Positions 20,044 to 30,352 of a stretch of 64,000 bases of DNA are shown one piece after another. The stretch spans positions 7,008,001 through 7,072,000 of the forward strand of contig OZ240241.1 in the NCBI GenBank assembly GCA_965198115.1. Reading direction: 5' to 3'. Every line of letters begins with the position of its first letter. The stretch's first letter is position 1. Position numbers and translations under genes: made by a program. Origin of the DNA: Candidatus Latescibacterota bacterium. GTDB lineage: Bacteria > Latescibacterota > UBA2968. The notes beneath the pieces were generated by a model. It saw only the letters and a program-made list of their open reading frames with translations, had not been told where the DNA came from and made no database searches.

Positions 20044-21031
20044 ATGAATCGACTGACGGATGAGGATCTGGATCATTTCGAGCGGGAGGGATTCCTGCTC
20101 GTCCGGGGGCTGCTCGATTGGGCAACCGATCTGCGGCCGGTTTGGGAGGAGTACGAGCAGGTTCTGGATCGGTTGATCGATGAGCTGATCGAAGTGGGAG
20201 AGATGAGGTCTAGACACGAGGACCTGCCCTTCGGGAAACGGCTGACCCAGGCCTATCGCGAGTCGGGACGTGTTCTCTCGCAGTACTTCGACTGCTCTCT
20301 CCCTCAAAAGGGCACGCGTGAGGATTCGCCGATCTGGGTGGGTCCCGAGGTTTTCAGGGCACTGAGCAACGAGACGCTTCTGGATGCCGTCGAGGATCTG
20401 ATCGGACCGGAAAATCTTCTCGAATCCCGTTCAGCACATTCGAATCAAGCCGCCCCAGGACGCTCTACCGGAGAATCGGCGAGATCCCAAGACCGGGTAT
20501 CTCGGTGGCTTCGACGCCGGTGTGACGCCGTGGCACCAGGACAACGGGGTTGTACTTCCCGACGCGGACGAGACGAATATGTTGACGGTTTGGTTTCCGC
20601 TGACTCGAGCGACGTGTGAGAACGGTTGCCTGAAGATCATTCCGAGAAGTCATCGTGAGGGTCTGCTCCATCATTGCCCGGGCGTTTCCGGCCTGAATGT
20701 GCCCGACGCGATACTCGATCTCGACGCCGAGTTGACCGTTCCGATGGAACCGGGTGATGTGTTGTTCCTGACGCGGCGTACGTGCCATTCCTCGCTGCCG
20801 AATATGAGCGATGACATTCGCGTGAGCTTCGACATCCGATACAATCCCACCGGACAGTCGACAGGCAGGGACGTGTTTCCGGGATTCGTCGCCCGCAGTC
20901 GGGCGCATCCCGAGACGGAACTGCACGATCCGGAGGTCTGGGCGCAGTCGTGGTACGACGCCCGCGCGAGGCTAACGATCGAAAACATCCCCGCCTACAA
21001 CAGATGGACGGCCGATCATCCAATGTGCTAG
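20044..21031 (+). pseudogene. Phytanoyl-CoA dioxygenase (PhyH) family, frameshifted at A-run 20411-20414
   Basis: FEREGFLLVRGLL then, after removing one A, GPEIFSNPVQHIRIKPP..TPWHQDNG..CHSSLPN..RVSFD. Confidence 0.82.
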
Positions 21032-21075
21032 GTAGCAGCAGGGGGGCAAGGTGCCGGGAGCAGCGGAGGCTAGAG

Positions 21076-21717
21076 ATGAGCGAGATGAAGGTGGGTGTGA
21101 TAACCGGGGGTCACGCGTTCGACGTGATCGGGTTCCATCGTCTGTTTCGGTCGTTCGATGGGATGGATTGCTATACGCAGTCGCTGGAGGAATGGGCTGC
21201 GGACTACGGGCGCCACGGCAGGCGATATGACTCACTCGTTTTCTACAATATGCACAAGCCTGTGCCGGAAAAATGCCCTAGCGGACCGCGCACACGGGCG
21301 GCGATTGACTCGCTGGCCGAAGGCCCCGGTCACGTGATTCTTCACCACGGGATCCTTGCATTCAAGCAGGATCCGATGTGGGATGCGATGGTTGGGCTCA
21401 CGGACCGGACGATCGACGGTTCCAGCCACGATGAAACGCTGACGGTTCACGTCGAGACCGATGGGCATCCGATTACGGATGGCTTGAGTGACTGGACGAT
21501 GGTGGACGAGACCTACGATTTCCGCGATGTGGATCCGGAAGGGAGCGAAGTCCTGCTGACGGTCGAACACCCGAACAGTATGTCGACGATGGCGTGGACG
21601 CGTCAGTACGAAGATGCGCGCGTGTTCAACGATGTCTTCGGTCACGACGACCAGACCTGGTCGAACGAGAGCTTCAGGACGGTGCTGGAAAGAGGCATCA
21701 AGTGGGCGGCGGAATAG
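21076..21717 (+). CDS. ThuA-like (class I GATase-fold) protein
   Basis: ITGGHAFD, HPITDGL, DETY, MAWTRQY, GHD, RGIKWAA. Confidence 0.85.
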   Translation: MSEMKVGVITGGHAFDVIGFHRLFRSFDGMDCYTQSLEEWAADYGRHGRRYDSLVFYNMHKPVPEKCPSGPRTRAAIDSLAEGPGHVILHHGILAFKQDPMWDAMVGLTDRTIDGSSHDETLTVHVETDGHPITDGLSDWTMVDETYDFRDVDPEGSEVLLTVEHPNSMSTMAWTRQYEDARVFNDVFGHDDQTWSNESFRTVLERGIKWAAE

Positions 21718-21758
21718 ATCAAAGTGGAGAATGTGAAATCCAGAATGGTGGGTGAACG

Positions 21759-22589
21759 ATGAAGATAGCTTACAGCACCTACGGGCTGCAGCCGGTCGAT
21801 CCGCTCGAGGCGATCACAAGGGTCAAGGAGATTGGATACGAAGGGCTCGAGCTGAATATCGGAAACGACTGGCCAACCGCGCCCGAAAAGCTCGACACGT
21901 CTGCCCGAAAACGGGTTACAGAGGCCTATCAGGAGGTCGGGTTCCCATCCCCCGTGCTGATGAGTTCTCTGGGTTTATGCGCAGACGGTGAGGATATCGA
22001 CGAAAAGAGCAACGCCCTTGCCGTGGCCTGCACGCTTGCCACGGATCTAAACTTCGACGGTTCTCTTCCTGTCGTGACGACGACGCTCGGCGGGCAAAGT
22101 GCGTCCTGGGAAGAGGGTAGGGAGACTGTCGCGAAGCAGCTCGTACGTTACGCGAGTGTGGCCGCCGATCGCGGTGCGACGATCGCCGTTGAACCGCACG
22201 TGGGGCACGAGTTCGACTCGCCGGAGAAGGCCGTTTGGATGGTCGAGGCCGTCGACCGCGAGTCGGTGAGACTCAATTTCGACCACAGCCACTTCCACGT
22301 GCTGGGAATGGAGCTGCGGCGCAGCGTCGAGCTCTGTGCGCCCTATTCGGTTCACACGCACATCAAAGACGGCGCGATGGTCGACGGCAAGGTCCTTTTC
22401 GAGCTTCCGGGCGAGGGAAGTCTGGACCTGGTGGCCTACCTGCGTGCTGTCAAGGATGCGGGCCTCGATGTCCCGATCACCGTAGAGGTAAGCGCTCAGA
22501 TCTGGAAGCGTGACGATTATGACGCGTGGGATGTGGCTGAGCGCTGCTGGCGATATCTGAGCGAGGCGAGGGAGAAGCTGAACGGGTGA
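21759..22589 (+). CDS. Sugar phosphate isomerase/epimerase (xylose isomerase-like TIM barrel)
   Basis: GYEGLEL, AVEPH, NFDHSH, HTHIKD, PGEGSLD, TVE. Confidence 0.88.
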   Translation: MKIAYSTYGLQPVDPLEAITRVKEIGYEGLELNIGNDWPTAPEKLDTSARKRVTEAYQEVGFPSPVLMSSLGLCADGEDIDEKSNALAVACTLATDLNFDGSLPVVTTTLGGQSASWEEGRETVAKQLVRYASVAADRGATIAVEPHVGHEFDSPEKAVWMVEAVDRESVRLNFDHSHFHVLGMELRRSVELCAPYSVHTHIKDGAMVDGKVLFELPGEGSLDLVAYLRAVKDAGLDVPITVEVSAQIWKRDDYDAWDVAERCWRYLSEAREKLNG

Positions 22590-22602
22590 GGAGAGACGGG
22601 GA

Positions 22603-22645
22603 GAGCCCTTCGATACGCGACCTTTGGTCGCTACTCAGGACAGGC
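22603..22645 (+). repeat. 43-nt REP-like repeat with variable inner hairpin (copy 1 of 3)
   Basis: GAGCCCTTCGATAC-[GCGACC TTT GGTCGC]-TACTCAGGACAGGC. Confidence 0.85.
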
Positions 22646-22713
22646 GGGGGACCAAGACGCACTTCGTGCTCAGAAGCAGTGGCAACCACGTCGCGTAGGA
22701 ATCGGAGTTCGGA

Positions 22714-23859
22714 ATGAAGATTGTGAAGATCGAGCAGTTCTTTCCGCGGAAGCGGATGCGGCTGATTAAGATCTCGACGGACAACGGGATCGCCGGGTGG
22801 GGAGAAACGACGCTCGAAGGAAAGCCGAAGAGCACGCACGCGGCTGTGGAAGAGCTGGCGGATTACCTGATCGGGAAGGATCCACTGAGAATCGAGCATC
22901 ACTGGCAGCACATCTATCGATCAGCCTTTTTCAGGGGTGGAAACGTGCTGATGTCCGCTCTTTCGGGGATCGACCAGGCGCTCTGGGACATTGCCGGGAA
23001 GCATTTCGACGTGCCCGCATTTCAGCTAATGGGTGGGGCGGTTCGTGACCGTATACGGGTCTACGCGCACTGGGGTATCCGCGATTTGTCGGATGAAGGT
23101 CTTGCCCAGTCAAAGGCCCGTCTGGAGATGCTCCAGAAGAAGGGGGGCTACAAGGCGTTCAAGTCCGGGCCCGGGGGTAAGTGGCGCGGCCACGAGCCTC
23201 CCTCCGTTATAGACGACTTTGTGAAGAAGGCATATACGATGCGCGAGTGGGTCGGAGACGACTGCGAATTGGCCTTCGACTTTCACGGTAAGATGACGCC
23301 CGGATTGGCCGTCGAGATCTGCCAGGAACTGAAGGGGATGCGTCCGATGTTCGTGGAAGAGCCCGTCCCGCAGGAGAATGCGGATGCGCTGAAAGCGGTA
23401 TCGGAGAAGGTGACGTTTCCGATCGCAACGGGGGAGCGGCTTCTGTCACGCTGGGAATTCCGGGAGATCTTCGAGAAACAGGCAGTTTCGTATCTGCAGC
23501 CCGATGGTTCGCACGCTGGAGGCATTTCGGAACTCAAGCGTATCGCGAATATGGCGGAAGTCTACTATATGCACATGATGCCGCACTGCGCGATCGGGCC
23601 TGTCGCCTTCTCTTCGTGTATGCAAGTCGACGCAGTGGTACCCAACTTCCTGATCCAGGAGCAGGTTGACGTGGGGCTTGGAGAGGGTCTGCTCGAGGAT
23701 CCGTGGGTTGTCGAAGACGGGCACATCGATCTTCCGACCGGGCCGGGCCTCGGGTTCGAGATCGATGAAAATGAGGCCGAGCAGGATTGCGGCATCTATG
23801 AGGAAGAGCTGGGTGGAGAACACTTCTACGAGTCGGACGGGAGTGTGGCCGATTGGTAG
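22714..23859 (+). CDS. dgoD: Galactonate dehydratase-like enolase-superfamily enzyme
   Basis: GWGETTLEG, YRSAFFRGG, SGIDQALWDI, DFHG, EEP, ATGERL, QPD, HAGGISE, PH, NFLIQE. Confidence 0.78.
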   Translation: MKIVKIEQFFPRKRMRLIKISTDNGIAGWGETTLEGKPKSTHAAVEELADYLIGKDPLRIEHHWQHIYRSAFFRGGNVLMSALSGIDQALWDIAGKHFDVPAFQLMGGAVRDRIRVYAHWGIRDLSDEGLAQSKARLEMLQKKGGYKAFKSGPGGKWRGHEPPSVIDDFVKKAYTMREWVGDDCELAFDFHGKMTPGLAVEICQELKGMRPMFVEEPVPQENADALKAVSEKVTFPIATGERLLSRWEFREIFEKQAVSYLQPDGSHAGGISELKRIANMAEVYYMHMMPHCAIGPVAFSSCMQVDAVVPNFLIQEQVDVGLGEGLLEDPWVVEDGHIDLPTGPGLGFEIDENEAEQDCGIYEEELGGEHFYESDGSVADW

Positions 23860-23921
23860 AGCAGAGGACAGAAAACAGGCGCCAGACGACAGCGGAGATG
23901 GCTTCGCGAGCCCACCAGAGG

Positions 23922-23945
23922 GTAGTCGCAGGTCTTCAGCCTGCG
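23922..23945 (+). repeat. GTAG-headed REP palindrome
   Basis: GTAG-TCGCAGG-TCTTCAG-CCTGCG; same architecture at 58500-58523. Confidence 0.65.
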
Positions 23946-24025
23946 TTCGTTCTGCGGGCGGGATAGAACTGGCGAGCAGACGTGGCTATGCAGTCCCAAT
24001 CGCTCAGTGACCGAGAATTCACGTC

Positions 24026-25261
24026 GTGTCGTTCCGAAACAATCTGACAAAATACGCCGAGTTGACGGTTAAAGTTGGTCTTAACGTTCAGCCCGGCCAG
24101 CAGCTCGTCGTGTCGTCACCGATCGAGGCGATTGAACTGACCCGGGCAGTCGTCGCGGCGGCCTACGACGCGGGATGCCGCTACGTGGATGTGATCTGGA
24201 GGGATGAGCAAATAGAGCTGGTCCGGTTCGAACACGCTCCTGGCGACTCGTTCGAGGAGTTTCCAAGTTGGCGCATTGACGGGTTGGTGGCCTGCGCGAA
24301 GCGGGGCGACGCTTTTCTGAGCATCACCGGGAACAATCCTGATCTGTTGAAGGATCAGGATCCAGACTTGGTTTCATTAGTTCGGAAAGTCGAAGCCGAA
24401 CATCGACAGCCTTTCAGCGCGCTCGTATCGAAGAGCGCGATGAGTTGGTGTGTCACCTCGGCTGCAGTAGAGCCCTGGGCGGCGCGCGTGTTTCCAGAGG
24501 TGAATCCCGCAGAGCAGCTGGACCAGCTTTGGGACGCTATTTTCAAAGCTTGCCGGGTCGACGAGGACGATCCCACGCGTGCGTGGCAGATTCACATCGA
24601 GGAACTGGAACATCGCCGAGGCTATCTGAACGAGAAGGCGTACGATTCGCTCAGATACGAAGGACCTGGCACGAATCTCTCCGTTGGACTGCCGGATGGC
24701 CATCTATGGTGCGGGGCAGCCGAAACGAACGAAGAGGGAACGGTTTTTACACCGAATATACCGACTGAGGAAGTCTTCACGATGCCCCATTGCCGACGTG
24801 TGGACGGAACGGTCGCGTCGACAAAACCACTGAATTACGGAGGGTCTCTCATCGAGGACTTCAGTCTAACTTTTTCCGAAGGTCGTGTGGTCGAGGTCCA
24901 AGCTGGAGCAAACGAGAGGATCTTGCGTAAGCTTGTCGAGACGGACGAAGGAGCGGGCCGATTGGGGGAGATCGCACTCGTTCCTGACAGCTCCCCGATT
25001 TCGAAAACCGGTCTTCTCTTTTACAACACCTTGTTCGACGAAAATGCTTCGAGCCACGTAGCCCTCGGTCGTGCCTACAGCATCTGCCTCGAGGACGGAG
25101 CGCAAATGGAAGAGAAGGCGCTGAACGAAGCAGGCGGCAACACGAGTGTGACGCACGTGGATTTCATGATTGGCTCGGATGAAATGAACATCGATGGCAT
25201 TACAAGGGAAGGCTCGCGCGAGCCCCTGATGCGGGATGGCGAGTGGGCATTCGACATCTGA
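24026..25261 (+). CDS. M29 family aminopeptidase (AmpS/AmpT/PepS)
   Basis: GLNVQPGQ, PNIPTEEVFT, LGEIALV, NTLFDENASSHVALG, SVTHVDFMIG. Confidence 0.93.
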   Translation: MSFRNNLTKYAELTVKVGLNVQPGQQLVVSSPIEAIELTRAVVAAAYDAGCRYVDVIWRDEQIELVRFEHAPGDSFEEFPSWRIDGLVACAKRGDAFLSITGNNPDLLKDQDPDLVSLVRKVEAEHRQPFSALVSKSAMSWCVTSAAVEPWAARVFPEVNPAEQLDQLWDAIFKACRVDEDDPTRAWQIHIEELEHRRGYLNEKAYDSLRYEGPGTNLSVGLPDGHLWCGAAETNEEGTVFTPNIPTEEVFTMPHCRRVDGTVASTKPLNYGGSLIEDFSLTFSEGRVVEVQAGANERILRKLVETDEGAGRLGEIALVPDSSPISKTGLLFYNTLFDENASSHVALGRAYSICLEDGAQMEEKALNEAGGNTSVTHVDFMIGSDEMNIDGITREGSREPLMRDGEWAFDI

Positions 25262-25358
25262 ACCAACGTCGTAGACGTGTTTGACTCTCCACCGGAAGAG
25301 TAACTGCATCGGTTCTTTAAGAAGATTGGATTACTGAACTTCAAGTGGAGCTACAGCT

Positions 25359-25661
25359 ATGAAAGTAATCGCTGATTTGTGCGTGGTACCCATTGGGGTG
25401 GGTGTTTCCGTTTCGGAATACATCGCGGTGTGTGAGCACGTGTTGAAAGAGGCAGGTCTCGAGGTCAAGCTTCACGCATACGGGACGAATATCGAGGGCG
25501 AATGGAACGCTGTGTTCGAAGCGATCAAGCGATGTCACGAGGTCGTCCACGAGATGGGAGCCCCGCGCATCTCCACGACGATCAAAGTGGGTACGAGGAC
25601 AGATCGGATACAGACGATGCAGGAGAAGATCGATAGTGTGAACGAGAAGCTCGAGAGCTAG
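25359..25661 (+). CDS. MTH1187 family thiamine-binding protein
   Basis: VVPIGVGVSVSEYIA, HAYGTNIEGEW, HEMGAPRI, GTRTDR. Confidence 0.92.
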   Translation: MKVIADLCVVPIGVGVSVSEYIAVCEHVLKEAGLEVKLHAYGTNIEGEWNAVFEAIKRCHEVVHEMGAPRISTTIKVGTRTDRIQTMQEKIDSVNEKLES

Positions 25662-25671
25662 GGCGTAGAAA

Positions 25672-26037
25672 ATGATGCGACTGACGCGTTGGTCTATCGT
25701 CGTTGTCCTGAGTCTTGGTTTGATGGGGTGTGGGCCGGGTGATGGAGCGTATGTAGACCATCATCCAAATGGGAAAGTGAAGGTCGAGGGGACCTACCGG
25801 GATGGGATGAAAACGGGGAAATGGACCTACTACTGGTCCGATGGTGCCAAGCAGACTGAGGCCACTTACAAAAAGGACAAGCCTTCGGGGACGTGGACAT
25901 ATTACGATAAGAGTGGCAACGTGATCGGTCGGGGCTCGTATCGAGATGGGAAAATGTGGGACGGGACCTTCGTTCGGTATGTGATCGGCACGACGAAGAT
26001 TATGCGATTGAAGGAAGGGAAGGAGCTGGCAAGGTAG
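25672..26037 (+). CDS. MORN-variant repeat (YwqK-like) lipoprotein
   Basis: Lipobox LMGC; repeats EGTYRDGMKTGKWTYY / EATYKKDKPSGTWTYY. Confidence 0.75.
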   Translation: MMRLTRWSIVVVLSLGLMGCGPGDGAYVDHHPNGKVKVEGTYRDGMKTGKWTYYWSDGAKQTEATYKKDKPSGTWTYYDKSGNVIGRGSYRDGKMWDGTFVRYVIGTTKIMRLKEGKELAR

Positions 26038-26053
26038 AAGACAGTTGACGTTG

Positions 26054-26203
26054 GTAGACGGTAGACGGTAGACGGTAGACAGTGGACAAAACCTCCAGGT
26101 GGGCGGTCAGCAGACGCGACAGCTTCGCCCCTTTGCCAGATGACAGAGGACAGCGAAGACGGCTTCGCCCCCTTGTCCCGGTGGGAGCAGCTTTCAGCTG
26201 CGA
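26054..26203 (+). repeat. Composite intergenic repeat: (GTAGACG)n heptamers, two GCTTCGCCCC boxes and a GTGG-headed REP
   Basis: Read directly; the components recur at 3093-3133, 19720-19785, 35505-35601 and 47495-47560. Confidence 0.75.
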
Positions 26204-26247
26204 ACAGATCGTTATGGGGAAGGCGAAACATACTTGAGAGGCATTAA

Positions 26248-28263
26248 ATGTTGAGATCCATCCTACAGCGGGGGTGGGCTCCTTTGAGGTTGGCTGTCGT
26301 GATGGGACTCTTGGGAGTCCCATTTTCTGTTTCGGCAAGGAATCTCGATGCGAAGGTCGATTCGCTCCGGGCGGCCGCGGCGGATACGTCGCGCGCGTGG
26401 GCCGACCGCGTCAAAGACCTGAAGTGGGCCATACGGATGGACCTGACGGGCGGTTCGCATTACCAACTCGCCCGGCTTTATATGGAGGAGGGTGGGCCAG
26501 ACGACCAGTTGGATGTCGAGTTTTGGTTGCAGGGAGCCATCGCCCGAGATCGCAAGAACGCCGAATTCAGAGCGACGTACGCCAAGCTGCTATGGCAACT
26601 GGACGAGATCGAAACGGCAAATGTTCAGGCCAAGAAGGCACTCGAGATCGACCCGGACCAGGTCTGTGCGCTTTACTATGCCGGCCGTTACGCAGCTTGG
26701 GGAATGGATCGCCACTATCGTACGATCTCGATGGGCTATTCGAATCAGATCGCAGTTCCGTTCAGTCTGCGCGCCTTCGGCGAAGATCGTATGCGTCAGG
26801 CTATCGAGCATTTGACGCACGCGATCGAAGTAGACCCCGGTCACGACCCGGCTCGCCAATTGCTCGCGCTGGTCTACTACGAGGCCGAAGAATACGACTC
26901 GGTCATCGATCTATTCGAGGAGAGGGTGGTGAAGGGTGAGGATGCTGACAGCTTCTTCTTTGTCGGTCTCGCGTTTCAGGGCAAGGGCTATCTGAAGACA
27001 GCCTATCGGTACTACCTGAAGGGCTTCGATCTTCTGTCGGAGGACGAGCAAACCTTCTTTCGCTCTATCGTGCTTGCGGGCGATAAGGCCAACTCCGGGG
27101 GTCTCGACGGATTCTGGACGGAGAGAGATCCCCTGTTTCTTTCGCCGCTGAATGAGCGATTAATGGACCACTGTGGACGCGTCGCCTACGCCAATCTCAG
27201 GTTTTCCGATTCCCATCAGGAACTCAAGGGATGGGAAACAGACAAAGGAGAATTGTATATTCGGTACGGCGAACCGAAGGAGCGTGTCGTAAGAGCGGGC
27301 GAGTTCAACCGCCCACGCCTGGAAGTGTGGGCATATGATGATTTCACGCTCTGGTTCGCGAATCCTATTTCATCGGCGTGGAAATTCGAGGGAGCACGCA
27401 TTCGTCGTATCTCGATAGATGTGAAGGAAGACTTTATCGAGAGGGTCTACGAACGTTTCCCCGACCCTTACGCGTGGGATCGGTATCGTCCCTTACACCA
27501 GCTGGCTCAGTTCCGGGAGAGGGACGGAGAAACGCGAGTCGAGTTTTACTATGCGCTGCCCCAAGGTCGTGTTCAATCGTCGGGACAAGGGGCAGGCTTC
27601 GCCGACGTCGATCTCAGGAAGGGTGTGTTCCTGTTCGACGCGAATTGGGATACGGTCAAGACGACCGTGACGGATGTGCAGCGATTGCCGCGGGTCCGTC
27701 TCAAGTCGATAAAGCGCGACTATTACTTTGTGAGTGAACAGTTTCAGGTTGCTCCAGGCGAGTATTATTTCGCCGTTGAGGCCGAGAATCCTGAGACACG
27801 CGAAATTGGCTCGGTTCGTGATTCCGTTCAGGTTCGAGCATTCTCGTCCGACAGTCTGGAAATCAGCTCGGTTTTGCTCGCACGGCGCATCGAATTGCGT
27901 GGGGAGCAACGCGATCGAGCGGACTTTCGGATTTTGCCAAATCCTCTAAGGCGATACGATTTCGGTTCCCGAGGTGCGATCTATTTCGAAATTTACAATC
28001 TATCCCAGGACGCGTTCGGTGAGACGCACTACGAAGTGACCTACCAGCTGCGTTCCGTCCCGGAGGTCGGTAGTCCGAGTAAAGCCCGATGGATGACCGC
28101 GCTGACTTACGAACACAAAGGGTCGACCGCAAACGAACCGGTGTTCTTCAACATGGACTTCAAAACGATTCCTCCCGGTCTCTGGGATGTGCGTGTGGTC
28201 ATACGTGATCTGACGACGGATGAGACCGCCTTGTCCCACGAGTCGTTCCGCGTTCTCTGGTAA
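26248..28263 (+). CDS. GWxTD domain-containing protein with TPR repeats, secreted
   Basis: Signal peptide, TPR-like helices, RVAYANLRF..GWETDKGELYIRYGEP, YFEIYNL. Confidence 0.88.
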   Translation: MLRSILQRGWAPLRLAVVMGLLGVPFSVSARNLDAKVDSLRAAAADTSRAWADRVKDLKWAIRMDLTGGSHYQLARLYMEEGGPDDQLDVEFWLQGAIARDRKNAEFRATYAKLLWQLDEIETANVQAKKALEIDPDQVCALYYAGRYAAWGMDRHYRTISMGYSNQIAVPFSLRAFGEDRMRQAIEHLTHAIEVDPGHDPARQLLALVYYEAEEYDSVIDLFEERVVKGEDADSFFFVGLAFQGKGYLKTAYRYYLKGFDLLSEDEQTFFRSIVLAGDKANSGGLDGFWTERDPLFLSPLNERLMDHCGRVAYANLRFSDSHQELKGWETDKGELYIRYGEPKERVVRAGEFNRPRLEVWAYDDFTLWFANPISSAWKFEGARIRRISIDVKEDFIERVYERFPDPYAWDRYRPLHQLAQFRERDGETRVEFYYALPQGRVQSSGQGAGFADVDLRKGVFLFDANWDTVKTTVTDVQRLPRVRLKSIKRDYYFVSEQFQVAPGEYYFAVEAENPETREIGSVRDSVQVRAFSSDSLEISSVLLARRIELRGEQRDRADFRILPNPLRRYDFGSRGAIYFEIYNLSQDAFGETHYEVTYQLRSVPEVGSPSKARWMTALTYEHKGSTANEPVFFNMDFKTIPPGLWDVRVVIRDLTTDETALSHESFRVLW

Positions 28264-28357
28264 CTCTCCAGCATCCGCAGGACGATTGACCCCAGACGGG
28301 TGTTGGCTTAGTGTCAATCAACCCCCGTCCCCGATCCTACCTGGATTCTTCTTCCAC

Positions 28358-29065
28358 TTGCCTGAACACGGCATCAATACCTACAACGAGACCTCCCTCC
28401 ACGCGTCGCTGAAGGCGTACTTCGCCGGACCCGGAGGCGAATGCGAAGTGCCTGTCGATGGCTACATCGCCGACCTCGTGCAGGACGGTGTGCTGGTGGA
28501 GATTCAGACCACCAATTTCGGGGCGATGCGAAGGAAGCTTCAATCCCTGATCGTGAAGCATCCCGTCCGGCTTGTTCATCCGATTGCGGCCGAGAAGTGG
28601 ACCGTTCGGCTCGATAAGGCGGGTGAGCGGATCGGAAGGCGGAAATCGCCCAAGCGTGGCCGTTGGGAGCACGTGTTCGGAGAGCTCGTGGCGTTCCCAC
28701 AGCTGATGCAGGATCCGAACTTCACGCTGGCAGTGATTCTGATTCAGGAGGAAGAGGTCCGGATCGTCGACGGAAAACGTCGTCGTCGCGGTCGGGATTG
28801 GAAACGATCCGAGAGACGTCTGTTGAAGGTCGTGGACCAGCGACTGTTCCTGACACCCTCGGATCTAATGCGGGAAATCCCGGATACGATGCCTGTTCCA
28901 TTCACGACGGCGGATCTTGCAAAAATGCTGTCGATGCCGCGCTGGTTGAGTCAGAAAATGGCCTTTTGTCTTCGACAGATGGGAGCGATTGCGTCGGTCG
29001 GGAAGAAGCGTAATGCGATCCAGTATGTCTTTTCGGGGGATGATGCGGCGGCCGTTGCGGTGTGA
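28358..29065 (+). CDS. Hypothetical PD-(D/E)xK-fold (CoiA-like) protein with C-terminal wHTH-like region
   Basis: ETSLHASLK..EVPVDGYIADL..VEIQ motif; start uncertain (TTG 28358). Confidence 0.6.
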   Translation: MPEHGINTYNETSLHASLKAYFAGPGGECEVPVDGYIADLVQDGVLVEIQTTNFGAMRRKLQSLIVKHPVRLVHPIAAEKWTVRLDKAGERIGRRKSPKRGRWEHVFGELVAFPQLMQDPNFTLAVILIQEEEVRIVDGKRRRRGRDWKRSERRLLKVVDQRLFLTPSDLMREIPDTMPVPFTTADLAKMLSMPRWLSQKMAFCLRQMGAIASVGKKRNAIQYVFSGDDAAAVAV

Positions 29066-29086
29066 TTCAAGTCGACCCTGGAGAAG

Positions 29087-29120
29087 GGCCGTTTCCGCAG
29101 CCTGCGGGAGCGGCTTTTTG
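29087..29120 (+). terminator. Intrinsic terminator
   Basis: GCCGTTTCCGCA/TGCGGGAGCGGC stem with G-U pairs, followed by TTTTT. Confidence 0.75.
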
Positions 29121-29176
29121 TATTTTAGGGAAAGACCGTTAGATGTGTTATACCGATTGAAAGGGGAACCCACAGA

Positions 29177-30115
29177 ATGAGCACGGATCGTTGGTTCTGC
29201 GAGCAGGCGTGGGTGCGCGACGGCGATGGGCCCTGCGTGACGCTGGGGCAGGAAGGGGCGTTCGACGATATGCATATCTTCGGGCCAGCCGTAGCTCTAG
29301 TAGATGATGTCTATCGTCTCTACTACTGCGGTTCCCGGGGCGAAGTGAACGAGCGCGTTTTTCGGATGGGGCTCGCGACGAGCGACGACGGGATCGAATT
29401 CACGAGACACTCGGAGGCCCCGGTTCTCGATTTCGGGGAGAAGCCATCTGTTCTCACCCCGTCGTTTCTGCGTTCGGGCGACGGCCACGCGCTCCGAGAG
29501 GACGGGCGTTTTCGGCTTTGGTTCTCGTCGACGACCTTCCCACCGGGCATTGTCCACACGGTTCACGAGACCACGAGCGCGGACGGTGTTGTGTGGGACA
29601 TTCCGTCGGACGCGAAGGTGGGGGACGCCGCCTATGCGCCGACCGTCCTCAAAGACGAAGATCGCTACCAGATGTGGTACACCGATGTTTCCTCCTTGCC
29701 GTGGACGATCCGGTTCGCCAAGAGCGGAGACGGTCACACGTGGAACGTCCACGACGATCCGGTGCTCGACGTGGATGCGTCGTGGGAACACAACCCGCTG
29801 GTCTACCCGACGGTGGTGAAACGGGACGGGACCTACCTGATGTGGTACGGCAGCTACAGCGAGCCGGAGCTGAAGCGCACTGCGATCGGTTTCGCGGCGA
29901 GCGTCGACGGGTTGCACTGGGAAAAACACCCGCGGAATCCGGTGTTCGGACCGGACCCGAACCGGGAATGGGAGTCGCACTATACGACGAGTCAATCCCT
30001 GCTGGTGCTGCCCGATGGTTCGATACGTATGTGGTACGCGTCACGAACGAAACCACCGTTCACGCACAAGTATCTGGCGATCGGTACGGCGTTGTGGTGT
30101 AATGCCTTTGCGTAA
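29177..30115 (+). CDS. Five-bladed beta-propeller glycoside hydrolase-like protein (GH43/32/130-like)
   Basis: Repeated blades P.V..DG.Y.MWY....IG.A.S.DG..W. Confidence 0.72.
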   Translation: MSTDRWFCEQAWVRDGDGPCVTLGQEGAFDDMHIFGPAVALVDDVYRLYYCGSRGEVNERVFRMGLATSDDGIEFTRHSEAPVLDFGEKPSVLTPSFLRSGDGHALREDGRFRLWFSSTTFPPGIVHTVHETTSADGVVWDIPSDAKVGDAAYAPTVLKDEDRYQMWYTDVSSLPWTIRFAKSGDGHTWNVHDDPVLDVDASWEHNPLVYPTVVKRDGTYLMWYGSYSEPELKRTAIGFAASVDGLHWEKHPRNPVFGPDPNREWESHYTTSQSLLVLPDGSIRMWYASRTKPPFTHKYLAIGTALWCNAFA

Positions 30116-30164
30116 CACTCAAAAACTGGGACCACGGAATACACGGACGGAAAAACAAACCAGG

Positions 30165-30352
30165 ACCACCTCTCACGTTCGTTCGAGGCAGGCTACATAC
30201 ACGAAAAACACGAACGGAAAGACACAGACCATCGCTCTTGGCCCTTGCATAGCACGAAAGGCTGCGGGATCACGGACCACACCGTCGGAAAACGGAACCT
30301 GAACCACCTCTCACGTTCGTTCAAGGCAGGCTCCACACACGAAACCCACGAA
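30165..30352 (+). repeat. Two 50-bp direct repeats (30165-30214, 30303-30352), 45/50 identical
   Basis: ACCACCTCTCACGTTCGTTC(G/A)AGGCAGGCT..CACGAA, period 138 bp. Confidence 0.85.

Noticed and set aside
20411-20414. Programmed frameshift in the PhyH gene
   Set aside because: One extra A in a short A-run, no slippery heptamer or stimulator; the same +A pattern occurs at 48495-48497, so homopolymer sequencing error is more likely
25262-25358. TPP riboswitch before the thiamine-binding protein gene
   Set aside because: No CUGAGA or other TPP core motifs visible
25672-26037. YwqK-like protein as a fourth TA antitoxin
   Set aside because: It has a lipobox and no adjacent toxin; MORN-variant repeats are generic
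30165-30352. Possible CRISPR array
   Set aside because: Only two repeats, 88-bp spacer, degenerate copies, no cas genes
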